64,000 nucleotides of DNA, from contig CATQHZ020000001.1 of NCBI GenBank assembly GCA_958296135.2, forward strand, positions 4,896,001-4,960,000, read 5' to 3'. Positions within the stretch are counted from its first letter, which is position 1. Every line of letters starts with the position of its first letter. This document shows, in pieces, positions 1 to 9,150 of this stretch. The DNA comes from an uncultured Poribacteria bacterium. Lineage in GTDB: Bacteria > Poribacteria > WGA-4E > WGA-3G. The translations under genes and the position numbers were made by a program. The notes below the pieces were generated by a model. That model was not told the DNA's origin. It made no database searches and saw nothing but the letters and a program-made list of their open reading frames with translations.

Positions 1-249
1 CAGTCGGCAGATCACCGAACTGGTCGGGAAATCTTTGATTTGGTAATAATTCGCGTACGTAGACTCGAACTGTGGATTCCCCAGACAAAACCGTGCCATC
101 AACGATTTTTGCCCCAATGCCCCAGCCGATTATATCTTCTGAGATGGGCCCGGGCTCTATTGATCTTCCAACTGCCTCCGCTGAGACAGACGGACCACGA
201 AAGTACGCGGATACCGCCTGCTTGCCTTAAGTTGTCTTGGAGTGAGCAT
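1..249 (-). pseudogene. 5' part of a gene running off the window edge, with an apparent frameshift after codon ~9
   Basis: GGAGG RBS then ATG at 249 gives MLTPRQLKA, and that frame stops at ~157. The shifted frame reads KQAVSAYFRG...IIGWGIGAKIVDGTVLSGESTVRVYVRELLPNQRFPDQFGDLPT and is open to the edge. One extra A at ~223 would join the two. Confidence 0.45.
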
Positions 250-392
250 GCAAACCTCCGGTTTGGTTTAGGCTTAATGCCTAACACTTACTATACACAA
301 TTTTTCTACAAAAAACAACATTAAAATTTTCATGAAAGGCGAGGGACAGGCCCTCGCCCTACGTTTCGCGGTAGGCGCGCTTTGAAAGCGCG

Positions 393-1796
393 CTACTTCC
401 GAATCAACATCTTCTTGGTTGCAGAGAATTCACCGGCTTTGAGCGTGTAGAAATACACCCCGCTCGCAACAGGCTCTCCCTGTGCATTTCGGCCATCCCA
501 ATATGCAGCACGGGATTTGTCCGAATAGACACCCGCTGGAACTTGGCCCAACTCCAATGTGCGAACCAGTTTCCCATCCGCCGAATGGATGGAGACCGAG
601 ACTTCAGCAGACTGTGCCAACTGATACGGTATCCACGTTTCCGGGTTAAACGGATTCGGATAGTTCTCCAGTAGTGCTGTTACGGGCGGTGCCAGTTGCG
701 CGGGTTGTTCGGGTGCCGCAAGTGCACTCCCGCCTGTCCAACGGTAGATGCGGACGTAGCCATCCGAACAGCCGACAGCCATCTTTTTTCCGTCGTCACT
801 AAATGCGATGCAATACGGCGTGGACGGAATATTAACTCTCGCATCAAGATCACCGTTGGAAATGTCCCAGAAAAGCACCTGTTGGCTCCCTGTCTTATCT
901 CCACAATACGCGAGAATTTCCCCGTTCGGCGTGAATTCTATGTCGCGTATATAGTAACTCGAGTCGAGGGTACGCAGCAGATCACCGCTCCAATTCCAGA
1001 TGTAGAGGCGGTTCTGCCAATCGACTCCGGCTACCCGTATGGAGTTATTGGAATAGTTATCGGTGATTGCAATGTCTTTAATGGATTCTGAGCCCCAGTA
1101 GTTATCGGTTATTTTGCCATCGGGACCATAAGTCCATTCATCAATGTTGCGGTCGCCATCCGCGACGTAGACTCTCGATCCGTCAGGAAGGATATCTATA
1201 GCGTTCATGTCCAAATGGTCCGCTCCTCCTGCGATTTTGAGTTGCCACCCGTTGGTCCCCCATGTGTCATAGATTGCCCAGCCGTGATGACGGACCTCTA
1301 CGCAGACGGGGCCGAACGCAACAGTCTGATCCCATTCAGCACATGAATTACCACCTGCTACTGCGACATAGTCCGCATCATCGTCTATAGCGATCTGTCG
1401 CCCCGACGAGCTACCAAAACCGCCAACTATGTGAGTCGAAGCGATACCGGGCATGTCGCCAGTTGTATGCCGCAAGTGAAGGCTCTGATTGTACATCACG
1501 GCGAGAACACTGAAATTCTTTGCAACGTCAATAGAGTGCACGCGTCCGCTGCCATTCCAATCTCTCCACCAGTACCGGCCTGACGAGATGTCCCATTTGT
1601 AAAGCCGATCTCCCTTACCGAAGAAGACCTCGTTGTTGCCCTTAAACCCTACATCGAGGATCTCGGAATTAATATCCTCATCGTTGGCCTGACCGTTAAG
1701 ACTCAGGTCATACACCCATGATTGCGCTGCTGTCATCTGGCATAACGTTGCCATGAGCAGCACGGCAGTTAGGGTGAAAACTAAACTTCTCATCAT
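393..1796 (-). CDS. Secreted WD40/beta-propeller protein with a T9SS type-A-like/FlgD-Ig C-terminal domain
   Basis: Signal peptide (LVFTLTAVLLMATL...AAQ) and WD-like repeats (LFWDISNG, IAFSDDGKKMAVG). C-terminus LENYPNPFNPETWIPYQL...ASGVYFYTLKAGEFSATKKMLIRK. AAGGAG RBS before ATG 1796. Confidence 0.85.
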   Translation of the reverse strand: MMRSLVFTLTAVLLMATLCQMTAAQSWVYDLSLNGQANDEDINSEILDVGFKGNNEVFFGKGDRLYKWDISSGRYWWRDWNGSGRVHSIDVAKNFSVLAVMYNQSLHLRHTTGDMPGIASTHIVGGFGSSSGRQIAIDDDADYVAVAGGNSCAEWDQTVAFGPVCVEVRHHGWAIYDTWGTNGWQLKIAGGADHLDMNAIDILPDGSRVYVADGDRNIDEWTYGPDGKITDNYWGSESIKDIAITDNYSNNSIRVAGVDWQNRLYIWNWSGDLLRTLDSSYYIRDIEFTPNGEILAYCGDKTGSQQVLFWDISNGDLDARVNIPSTPYCIAFSDDGKKMAVGCSDGYVRIYRWTGGSALAAPEQPAQLAPPVTALLENYPNPFNPETWIPYQLAQSAEVSVSIHSADGKLVRTLELGQVPAGVYSDKSRAAYWDGRNAQGEPVASGVYFYTLKAGEFSATKKMLIRK

Positions 1797-2178
1797 AATT
1801 CTCCTTGCTCGCCACAAGAGCAAGCAATAAAAATGATTGTGGTTAATAGCGGCGGCATTACTCGCGCCGCCGCATCACATCGGAAAAACACCTGCCGCCA
1901 TCAAGATCGCTATCCCGTTGCCCCCATCTCCTCGGTTCGCCCACTCCATCGAAAACGCGCGAAGACAGTAACTCACGCCCCCAAACGCAGCGCGCGGAAA
2001 CTTCTCGCTGAGGCAAAACTGGACAAACGGGGAAAATAATGGAAACGGTGGCAACCGGAAACGTGGCAGGGAAATGCATCGGGCCAGTCCCAATGCAACA
2101 GAAATAGCCCGCCACGCAAAGAATGCGTGCGGGATTGATGACAAAACGCCGAATATCGACGCTGTCAAGCGGATAAAT

Positions 2179-2358
2179 TTACTTAACGCCCGTGAATGTC
2201 GGGGGGGGGGTGAAGCCTCCCCTTGGGGCATCAAGGCGAACGGGAACGTGTGACGGCGCGACAACGGGCATAGACGCACGGTGCGCGTGCATCTCACGGT
2301 GCCCTGGCAGGTCTACGGTGACCTTTTTCGCAATGGGATTCAAAATTCGCTGGTTCAC
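2179..2358 (-). CDS. Putative 59-aa leader ORF containing a G10/C10 tract
   Basis: GAGGA RBS, then GTG 2358 to TAA 2179 (VNQRILNP...GFTPPPTFTGVK). Lies just downstream of a consensus promoter. Confidence 0.35.
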   Translation of the reverse strand: MNQRILNPIAKKVTVDLPGHREMHAHRASMPVVAPSHVPVRLDAPRGGFTPPPTFTGVK

Positions 2359-2439
2359 GTGTCGTTCCTCGTTCAGCTAGTTTGCGGATTTCGTTCTCGC
2401 GGTGGCGCGTTTTTTCGCGCCTTCACCACGTTTGCATTT

Positions 2440-2469
2440 ATTATACACAAAAAATGCAATAAATGTCAA
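2440..2469 (-). promoter_or_regulatory. Sigma70-type promoter
   Basis: TTGACA-18 bp-TATAAT on the minus strand, pointing toward the WD40 gene. Confidence 0.75.
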
Positions 2470-2599
2470 CGTTTTTTCGCGAAAAATCGAGAAAACAGTC
2501 GAATTTAAGCGAAAAATTGACAAAAACGTTCAAAACTGATGTTATTTTAGCAAATTTTGCATTTTTTGTCAAGTTTTGCAAAAAAACGAAAAACGCTCC

Positions 2600-3382
2600 C
2601 TCTACCGTAGCGCGAGGGCCTGTCCCTCGCGATCTCCCGAAGAAAACAGCCTTCTTTGAACGTAGCGCGAGGGCCTGTCCCTCGCGATCTCCCGACCTAT
2701 GCGAGAACCGTCCTTGGTTGAGGTGCCTAAGGACGGTTTCTGTGACGACCGAGGCATGGCGAGGCACAGGACCTCGCCCTACGGTGAGGGGGGCGGGACT
2801 TAGCCGTAGCGCGAGGGCCGTTACGCCGAAACTTTGTCCTCTCTGCAGCCTCGCTGCAGAGATGTCCACTGTCCCTCGCGATCTCTCGACCGCCACGAAA
2901 AATGCCCGCAGCCCAGAAGCCGCGAACGTTTTTGACAGGATCGGGCATGGCGAGGCACAGGCCCTCGCCCTACGGTGAGGGGGCGGGACTTAGCCGTAGC
3001 GCGAGGGCCGTTACGGTCACGCCTACAGCAAACGTGCGTGTGTCGCCCCGCGTAAACACGGTCACGTCTACAGTAAACGTGCGTGTGTCGCCCCGCGTAA
3101 ACACGCTACCTTACTTTAACGTTGTCCTCTCTGCAGCCTCGCTGCAGAGATGTCCACTGTCCCTCGCGATCTCTCGACCGCCACGAAAAATGCCCGCAGC
3201 CCAGAAGCCGCGAACGTTTTTGACAGGATCGGGCATGGCGAGGCACAGGCCCTCGCCCTACGGTGAGGGGGGGGGCGGCTCGATGCATAGCGAGGGACAG
3301 GCGCTGGCTCGAGTTGAAAGATAGCGCGATGGTTCGTTTCGGGCGGCTCGATGCATAGCGAGGGACAGACCCGCGCCCTACG
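2600..3382. repeat. Cluster of GTAG-palindrome REP-like elements with nested insertions and a duplicated block
   Basis: Multiple CGTAGCGCGAGGGCCTGTCCCTCGCG and GGCGAGGCACAGGCCCTCGCCCTACG units. Positions 2835-2985 are repeated at ~3123-3272. Confidence 0.9.
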
Positions 3383-3435
3383 TTTTGCAAGGAATGAACG
3401 CGCATCGTCCCTACATCCCTTTAACTGTTTTCACC

Positions 3436-5382
3436 CTACGGCCAAAAATTATACATCGGCTGCTGCGTCACAACACTAATTAGACTCCAAATCCCACCTA
3501 CCGTGAAATCGCCGAGCATCAACCCTATCGCGAACATCACTAAACGTTGCGAAGCGCGCGGGCCCGCTATCTTCAAGACTGCCCACTTGACAACAGAACT
3601 CACTAACATGCAACTCCAGAGATACCGCATCCCCCAATCGCTACAGACGACAAACCCGATCGGATGGAACGGCCACCAGAAGAAACGCGCCCGCATAAAC
3701 ATCAAAACCGTCGAAAAGCACAACCCGAAAAGGATGCCGCCGGTGGCATAGAAATTCGGCTCCGTCGGATAATAGAGCCAGCGTTGCAACCCGTTGAAGA
3801 CGCGCCCACCGAAGCCTGTCGCCCAACTACTGGTGCCGCTCATGTTCAACGCGCCGTAGGTATAAAATAGATACAGGATAACGCCGAATACCATCACGGC
3901 GGCGAACGCGGAAATGCCGAGTATCGCGAAGAACAACCGACTCGGCGCGATAGCGGAACGTTCCAAGAGTTTGAAGCCTTCCAACTGATGTGGCATCGGG
4001 TTGCTGGTATAACTCCGATTGAACCAGCGGTAGAGCGTCAATGCAACAAGGTTATTCGTGCCGAGTGCCCGCGTGCCGAAACTGTCAACGAGGATGTGGT
4101 GGTTCGGCATGTTCTCCATCGCATGCACAGGGAACCCTTGCTCGGCGCGCATCCGCGTCAGCACGAAGACGATGATGAAATAGATGGCGAAAAAGAGCGG
4201 CATCAACCAGAACGACATGCCGATACGCTTGGAGAAGAGGAAGAGTAGCGCGAGCCCACCGATGATACCCCACAGCGCAAATCGATAGGATACCGGTTCA
4301 TCTGCATCTTCGCCAGTGCGGTGCCGCGCGATGCGGAAAACACCCCGGAAATGCCGCAGGTTCAGCACGAACACGGAGATGAAAATTCCGACCGCGGCAC
4401 CGAAGCACTGCCTGTCGATATACGGAAACCCCGGCAGGCTAGAGAGCCCGGCTGCACTGGTGATGACTAATTGCGCCTTATAGAAGAGGAAGAAGAACCA
4501 ACTTGAAAACGCCAGATCGAGCGGCATCAACAGCCCTAGCCCGATGACGAACGGATAATAGGACATGCTGATACCGCCGATGGCGTTCCACGGCTTTTCT
4601 GTAAAAAGATGTCCGAACCCTTGCCACCCGCCGATGCGCTTAATCGGCAGATTCGGAATTGTTGGATAGAGGAAACTGAGCCCGTTTAGCACGGCAATTG
4701 AGGCGGCAATTCCGAATCCGAGCCACGTGATACGATGCGAGAATAGCGATTTTGTATTGTGGGTGACGTGAAAGGCGATTTGTGTAATCGGATAGGCGAG
4801 CCGTTCGCGTTCTACCCACTGCTTCCGCAAGATGACGTTAATGCACAACATCACAAGGACGATAGCCGTCATGAACGCCGCCCACGCTAGCGTCGGCCCG
4901 AGCCAGGCACTAATAATTTCTAGCGTGGTGAGGCTCGATTCACCGGTGTAATACCCTGCAAGCACTTTCTGTTCATCAACGAGGAGCCATCTCGGTAGGT
5001 AATCCCAAAAGAGCTGCTTCCATTCGTTTTCGGGGGTGGCGAACCAGAAGGCGTGTCCAATGGTAGTGACGAGAATCGTCATTAGCGTGATGGACGGGAA
5101 CGCGCACGCCGTGCTGAGCAGAATGTATATCGTGAGGAGCTCCGCATTGTCAAGTAGAACTCGGCGCGTCGTTCGCTTGGCGACAAGGGTGAGCAGCGTC
5201 AACGCGAAGACGACGAAAACGACGTTGTAAAACGGAACGGCGTAGGTATTCAGCGCATACCCGACGAGCCCGACTTCACCCGCGATAATCCAATAAAAAT
5301 TGAACGGCATCAGCACGAGCGTGATGGCGATGGATTTCCACGTTACGCCTTGTGCGCGATGTAGGCGTTCATCATCCTGCAT
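3436..5382 (-). CDS. Large polytopic membrane protein (DUF6785/DUF6784-like, putative peptide transporter)
   Basis: 648 aa with many TM helices; motifs RKQWVERERLAYPI and WWPFHPIGF. Confidence 0.75.
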   Translation of the reverse strand: MQDDERLHRAQGVTWKSIAITLVLMPFNFYWIIAGEVGLVGYALNTYAVPFYNVVFVVFALTLLTLVAKRTTRRVLLDNAELLTIYILLSTACAFPSITLMTILVTTIGHAFWFATPENEWKQLFWDYLPRWLLVDEQKVLAGYYTGESSLTTLEIISAWLGPTLAWAAFMTAIVLVMLCINVILRKQWVERERLAYPITQIAFHVTHNTKSLFSHRITWLGFGIAASIAVLNGLSFLYPTIPNLPIKRIGGWQGFGHLFTEKPWNAIGGISMSYYPFVIGLGLLMPLDLAFSSWFFFLFYKAQLVITSAAGLSSLPGFPYIDRQCFGAAVGIFISVFVLNLRHFRGVFRIARHRTGEDADEPVSYRFALWGIIGGLALLFLFSKRIGMSFWLMPLFFAIYFIIVFVLTRMRAEQGFPVHAMENMPNHHILVDSFGTRALGTNNLVALTLYRWFNRSYTSNPMPHQLEGFKLLERSAIAPSRLFFAILGISAFAAVMVFGVILYLFYTYGALNMSGTSSWATGFGGRVFNGLQRWLYYPTEPNFYATGGILFGLCFSTVLMFMRARFFWWPFHPIGFVVCSDWGMRYLWSCMLVSSVVKWAVLKIAGPRASQRLVMFAIGLMLGDFTVGGIWSLISVVTQQPMYNFWP

Positions 5383-5409
5383 GCGGCGAGTTCCTCCGCG
5401 TAAAGCATG

Positions 5410-5740
5410 TCAAGATACCTCTTCATCCTTCTTGTGCTGCGCGAGGGCCGCCGCGAACCTGTCAAAGTCAGTGGACACGCGGGCAAAGAGCCGATGAATC
5501 TGCTTTGCATGCGCCTCGGTGAGCTCGTAAACCAGCTCTTCGGGATAGATGTTGCGAACTTTGTGGCGGAATTCTAAGAGTTCCCCAAGGAGTACCGCCG
5601 TTTCTTGGGAGATGACAGGCGGCCGTTGCGTGCGAGGTTCTGCCATCTGCACAAGCAAGGCTTTGTGCCACTCTTCGCCACTCGGCACGTGTCTGTCTAT
5701 CTCACGGGCAATCCGCTCAAAAATCTGCTCAATAGTGGTG
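5410..5740 (-). pseudogene. N-terminally truncated HepT-like (HEPN) RNase toxin
   Basis: IEQIFERIAREID...PSGEEWHKALL...FRHKVRNIY carries an RHxxxxxY HEPN-type motif. Similarity ends at a REP element at ~5746, and no nucleotidyltransferase partner is present. Confidence 0.65.
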
Positions 5741-5869
5741 TCCGACCGCGGGGGACAGTGGACATCTCTGCAGACAACGTCTCGGCGTAACGGCCCCCAC
5801 GCCTAGGTAATTCTCTGCAGGAAGCCTGCAGAGATTTTTTGCCTCTAGACGTGCCCCCGCTAGGTGTGC

Positions 5870-6853
5870 CTACGGCAAGATGGCCCCGGCATACACATCT
5901 TGCAATGCATCTTCGGGGTGCGGTTCGGGACTGTTTTTGGCGAACGCGAGGGCATCCTCCAAATCCTTAGCGAGCTCTGCCTCAATCGTCGAGAGCTCCG
6001 GTTCGGTAACGCCTTCCTTCTCGGTGAGGACTGCGGCGAGCCGCCGAATCGGGTCGCGTTTCCGCTCCTGCTCTTGCACCTCTTCCCTATCGCGGTAGGA
6101 TGTCCCCGGGTCGCCGATGTGGTGCCCCCGGAACCGGTAGGTATCGCAATTGAGGAGCGTCGGTCCGCCGCCTTCGCGTGCGCGCGTGACTGCCTCCTGC
6201 GCCGCCGCGTAAACCTTAAGCACATCGTTGCCATCGACGGTGACACCCGGCATATCGTAGGCAGGGGCACGAACGGCGATATCCTCTACGCGTTGATGCT
6301 CGCGCTGCGGTGTGCCCATCCCGAATCGGTTGTTCTCACAGACAAACACCACCGGCAAAGCCCACACAGCGGCAAGATTGAGGGTTTCATGGAAGACACC
6401 CTGGTTCGTCGCGCCATCGCCGAAGAAGGAGACAGCGACTTGTTTCGTGCGCCGGAGTTTGGCAGAGAGCCCGGCGCCGGCGGCAAGCGGAATGCCCGCG
6501 CCGACAACGCCGTTGGCACCCAAAATCCCAGTCGCTTTATCGGCGATGTGCATGGAGCCGCCCTTGCCTTTACAGTAGCCTGTCGTGCGCGCGAACAACT
6601 CCGCCATCATCCGGTCGCGTTTGCCGCCCTTCGCAATGAGATGCCCGTGCCCGCGGTGCGTGCTGGTAATGTAATCGGCATCTTCAAGGTGCGCGCAAAC
6701 GCCTACGGCTGTCGCTTCCTCACCGATATAGAGGTGCAAGAAGCCGGGGAGTTGCCCGCTCTGATACAGTGTCCCGGCGGCTTCTTCAAACTGACGGATT
6801 TCTACCATCTTGCGGTACATCCAAAGCATCCGGTCTTTGCTCGGTTTTGACAT
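5870..6853 (-). CDS. TPP-dependent dehydrogenase E1 alpha subunit (pyruvate/acetoin dehydrogenase family)
   Basis: GFLHLYIGEEA, STHRGHGH, GKGGSMH, FFGDGATNQG and YRFRGHHIGD motifs. Confidence 0.92.
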   Translation of the reverse strand: MSKPSKDRMLWMYRKMVEIRQFEEAAGTLYQSGQLPGFLHLYIGEEATAVGVCAHLEDADYITSTHRGHGHLIAKGGKRDRMMAELFARTTGYCKGKGGSMHIADKATGILGANGVVGAGIPLAAGAGLSAKLRRTKQVAVSFFGDGATNQGVFHETLNLAAVWALPVVFVCENNRFGMGTPQREHQRVEDIAVRAPAYDMPGVTVDGNDVLKVYAAAQEAVTRAREGGGPTLLNCDTYRFRGHHIGDPGTSYRDREEVQEQERKRDPIRRLAAVLTEKEGVTEPELSTIEAELAKDLEDALAFAKNSPEPHPEDALQDVYAGAILP

Positions 6854-7066
6854 CGTTTTCTTCCTTTTTGTATTGGCGCAAAGCGTTCGGTAAAGCAGGT
6901 TTGGCAGGGGAACCTCCTCTGCGTCTCCGCTGCGCTGGGGCCCCTTTGGCTAAAATGAAACAGGTCATTCCTGTCTGAAACAGCGCACGGGCGAGGGTGC
7001 GCGCTTACAACGCGCGCCTAGTCCATCCTAATGACAGATAAAACGCCTGGCTCAGGCACTAATAAT

Positions 7067-7095
7067 ATGATACAAAAATCGCAGTGAAATGTCAA
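7067..7095 (-). promoter_or_regulatory. Sigma70 promoter for the E1-alpha gene
   Basis: TTGACA-17 bp-TATCAT on the minus strand. Confidence 0.65.
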
Positions 7096-7444
7096 CCTAT
7101 TTTATTTTTCTCGGGCGATTTCGTTTTCTCCGCAGGGGCGCGCTTTTCTCTGTGCCCATTTTTAATAGTGACAGATGTGACACTTTTTCTCTCTTTTTTG
7201 CAACAGCCGCGGTGACACGATGAGAGTTCATTTGACTTTCGTGACGATATCGCTGCCGTATGGGGGCGCATTGCGCAAAACAGCCGATTTTGCCAGGAGC
7301 ACTTTGGTTTTCATAGAGCCATCCGCCCTTACACACACCGCGTGCACGCCTCCAGAAAAGTATCCGATTTAAGACTGAAACTTCCTGCAATTGCAAAAGA
7401 CAGAGACAGGCTAACTAAACGTCTCGGCAATGTAAAAAAAATTA

Positions 7445-7473
7445 TTGCATTTTAACGCAAAATGTGTTAAAAT
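7445..7473 (+). promoter_or_regulatory. Sigma70 promoter for the HNH-rnpA-yidC operon
   Basis: TTGCAT-17 bp-TAAAAT. Confidence 0.55.
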
Positions 7474-7539
7474 ATATACATATCCTAAAAACTCGGCGGT
7501 ATCTGGAGGAAACGAACCGGTTCTGTCAGGGGAAATTCA

Positions 7540-8079
7540 ATGGAAACGTCTGTCTTGGTTCTCAACGCCAGTTATGAGGCGATTAACATTTGCAATATAA
7601 GGCGTGCCTTGAAGATGGTTTTCAAGGGGACGGCGCAGACAGAAGAGGCATCGGAAGCGGTGCTTCATTCTCCCAGCGCGGTGATGCAAGTGCCGCACGT
7701 CATCCGGCTGGTAAATTACGTGAACGTGCCGCGCAGCGTCGTCAAATTCTCGCGCAAGAACGTCCTCGTCCGCGACCGGCACCGGTGCCAATACTGTCGG
7801 CAGGAATTCCCGACAGCCCTGCTCACGTTGGACCATGTCGTGCCGCTCTCCCGCGGCGGCACAACCACCTGGGAAAACGTCGTCACCGCCTGTAAAAAGT
7901 GTAACAACAAAAAGGGCAACCAGCTCGTCTCGGAAGCAAAGATGCGCCTCGAACGGCAGCCGAAAACGCCCTCAATCCTGACCTATTTGCAGCTCAACCG
8001 TTCCAGCGGCTATCACGGGCGCGGTTACCATCCATCGTGGAGAAAATATCTGTATCTCAACTATGACTATTCGACGTAA
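7540..8079 (+). CDS. HNH endonuclease (McrA-like)
   Basis: VLVLNASYE N-terminus and RD..RCQYC...TLDHVVPLSRGG..TWENVVTACKKCNNKKG. Confidence 0.92.
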   Translation: METSVLVLNASYEAINICNIRRALKMVFKGTAQTEEASEAVLHSPSAVMQVPHVIRLVNYVNVPRSVVKFSRKNVLVRDRHRCQYCRQEFPTALLTLDHVVPLSRGGTTTWENVVTACKKCNNKKGNQLVSEAKMRLERQPKTPSILTYLQLNRSSGYHGRGYHPSWRKYLYLNYDYST

Positions 8080-8121
8080 CCGAGGCAGCCCGTAGGAGAG
8101 AACGCCCGCGTCTTGACACCG

Positions 8122-8396
8122 ACGCATCGGGACAGGGAGGGCCCTCCTACGGGCTGACGCATCGGGACAAGGAGGGCCCTCCTACTGCCCAACGCATCGG
8201 AACAGGGATGTCCCTCCTACGGCCTAACGCATCGGGACAAGGATGTCCCTCCTACTGCCCAACGCATCGGGACAAGGATGTCCCTCCTACGGCCTAACGC
8301 ATCGGGACAGGGAGGGCCCTCCTACGGGCTGACGTATCGGGACAAGGAGGGCCCTCCTACGGGCTGACGTATCGGGACAGGGAGGGCCCTCCTACT
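8122..8396. repeat. Tandem array of eight 35-bp REP-like units
   Basis: ACGCATCGGGACAGGGAGGGCCCTCCTACGGGCTG with a period of 35, minor variants and no unique spacers. Confidence 0.9.
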
Positions 8397-8414
8397 GCAC
8401 AGGGCCGGCGAATT

Positions 8415-8804
8415 ATGCAATACCAACTGCACCCGGACAGACTCAAAAAGCGGTGGGAATTCCAGCGTGCCTATCAGAAAGGTAGGAAATACTTGAATCG
8501 CTATTTTGTGATATACGTATTTGCGCGCTCGCAAAGCGCGCCCACCAGCGGAGACACGGAAACGATTGCCGATTGCAATGCCGGTGCACGCTTGGGAATC
8601 ACCGCCAGCAAAAAAGTGGGCAAAAGCGTCCAACGCAACCGGGTCAAACGGCTCATCCGTGAAGCGTTCCGCGCGCTGCGGCCACGGATGCAGCCAGAAT
8701 ACGATGTGGTGGTTGTCGGTAGAACAGCCGCCTGCCCCCTCACGTGTCAGGAGGCACAACGGGGATTATATAGCCTCTTCCGCAGAGCCGCTATCTTGAA
8801 GTGA
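8415..8804 (+). CDS. rnpA: Ribonuclease P protein component
   Basis: [15 protein letters not shown] and [25 protein letters not shown] (RNR motif). Confidence 0.95.
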   Translation: MQYQLHPDRLKKRWEFQRAYQKGRKYLNRYFVIYVFARSQSAPTSGDTETIADCNAGARLGITASKKVGKSVQRNRVKRLIREAFRALRPRMQPEYDVVVVGRTAACPLTCQEAQRGLYSLFRRAAILK

Positions 8805-8815
8805 GAGGCGCAAAG

Positions 8816-9022
8816 ATGATGATATTCCAACACGCCATTCGCTTTTATCGCCGGTTTATTTCGCCAATGCTGCCGCGGACGTGCCGATTCTACCCAACGT
8901 GTTCGCAGTACGCGCTAGAGGCACTGAAACGGTATGGCACCATCAAAGGCATCTGGCTAACGCTAAAACGACTTTCAAAATGCCACCCGTATCACCCCGG
9001 TGGCTTCGACCCGCTCAAATAA
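8816..9022 (+). CDS. yidD: Membrane protein insertion efficiency factor
   Basis: YRRFISP...[11 protein letters not shown]...[11 protein letters not shown]. Confidence 0.95.
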   Translation: MMIFQHAIRFYRRFISPMLPRTCRFYPTCSQYALEALKRYGTIKGIWLTLKRLSKCHPYHPGGFDPLK

Positions 9023-9150
9023 ATGGTTGTAGGGTCGCGAAGCGTTCGTTCAGGGTTATCTTGGCAGAGCCGCTGTCCTGCACAGGGGTTATCTCTGCAG
9101 GAAAACCTGTCAAAGAAAACATCAAACCACCGCTAGGAAATAGGGGAAAA

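Noticed and set aside
2441-3405. ORFs of 70-170 aa in the track, and similar ORFs at 42818-43219 and 44530-44799
   Set aside because: They are translations of REP clusters (ARGPVPR and RDRPSPYG peptides) without RBS or domain signal
5864-6850. Long antisense ORFs (328 aa here; 357 aa at 18142; 370 aa at 23517)
   Set aside because: Shadow frames of well-supported genes in GC-rich DNA
7096-7440. oriC near rnpA
   Set aside because: I found no TTATCCACA DnaA boxes and no dnaA; it looks like a divergent promoter region
8122-8396. CRISPR or TIGR-like guide array next to the HNH nuclease
   Set aside because: Units are contiguous with only a few recurring variants and no unique spacers. They are GTAG-REP-like, and the HNH is a short McrA-type protein with no recognisable RNA-binding module.
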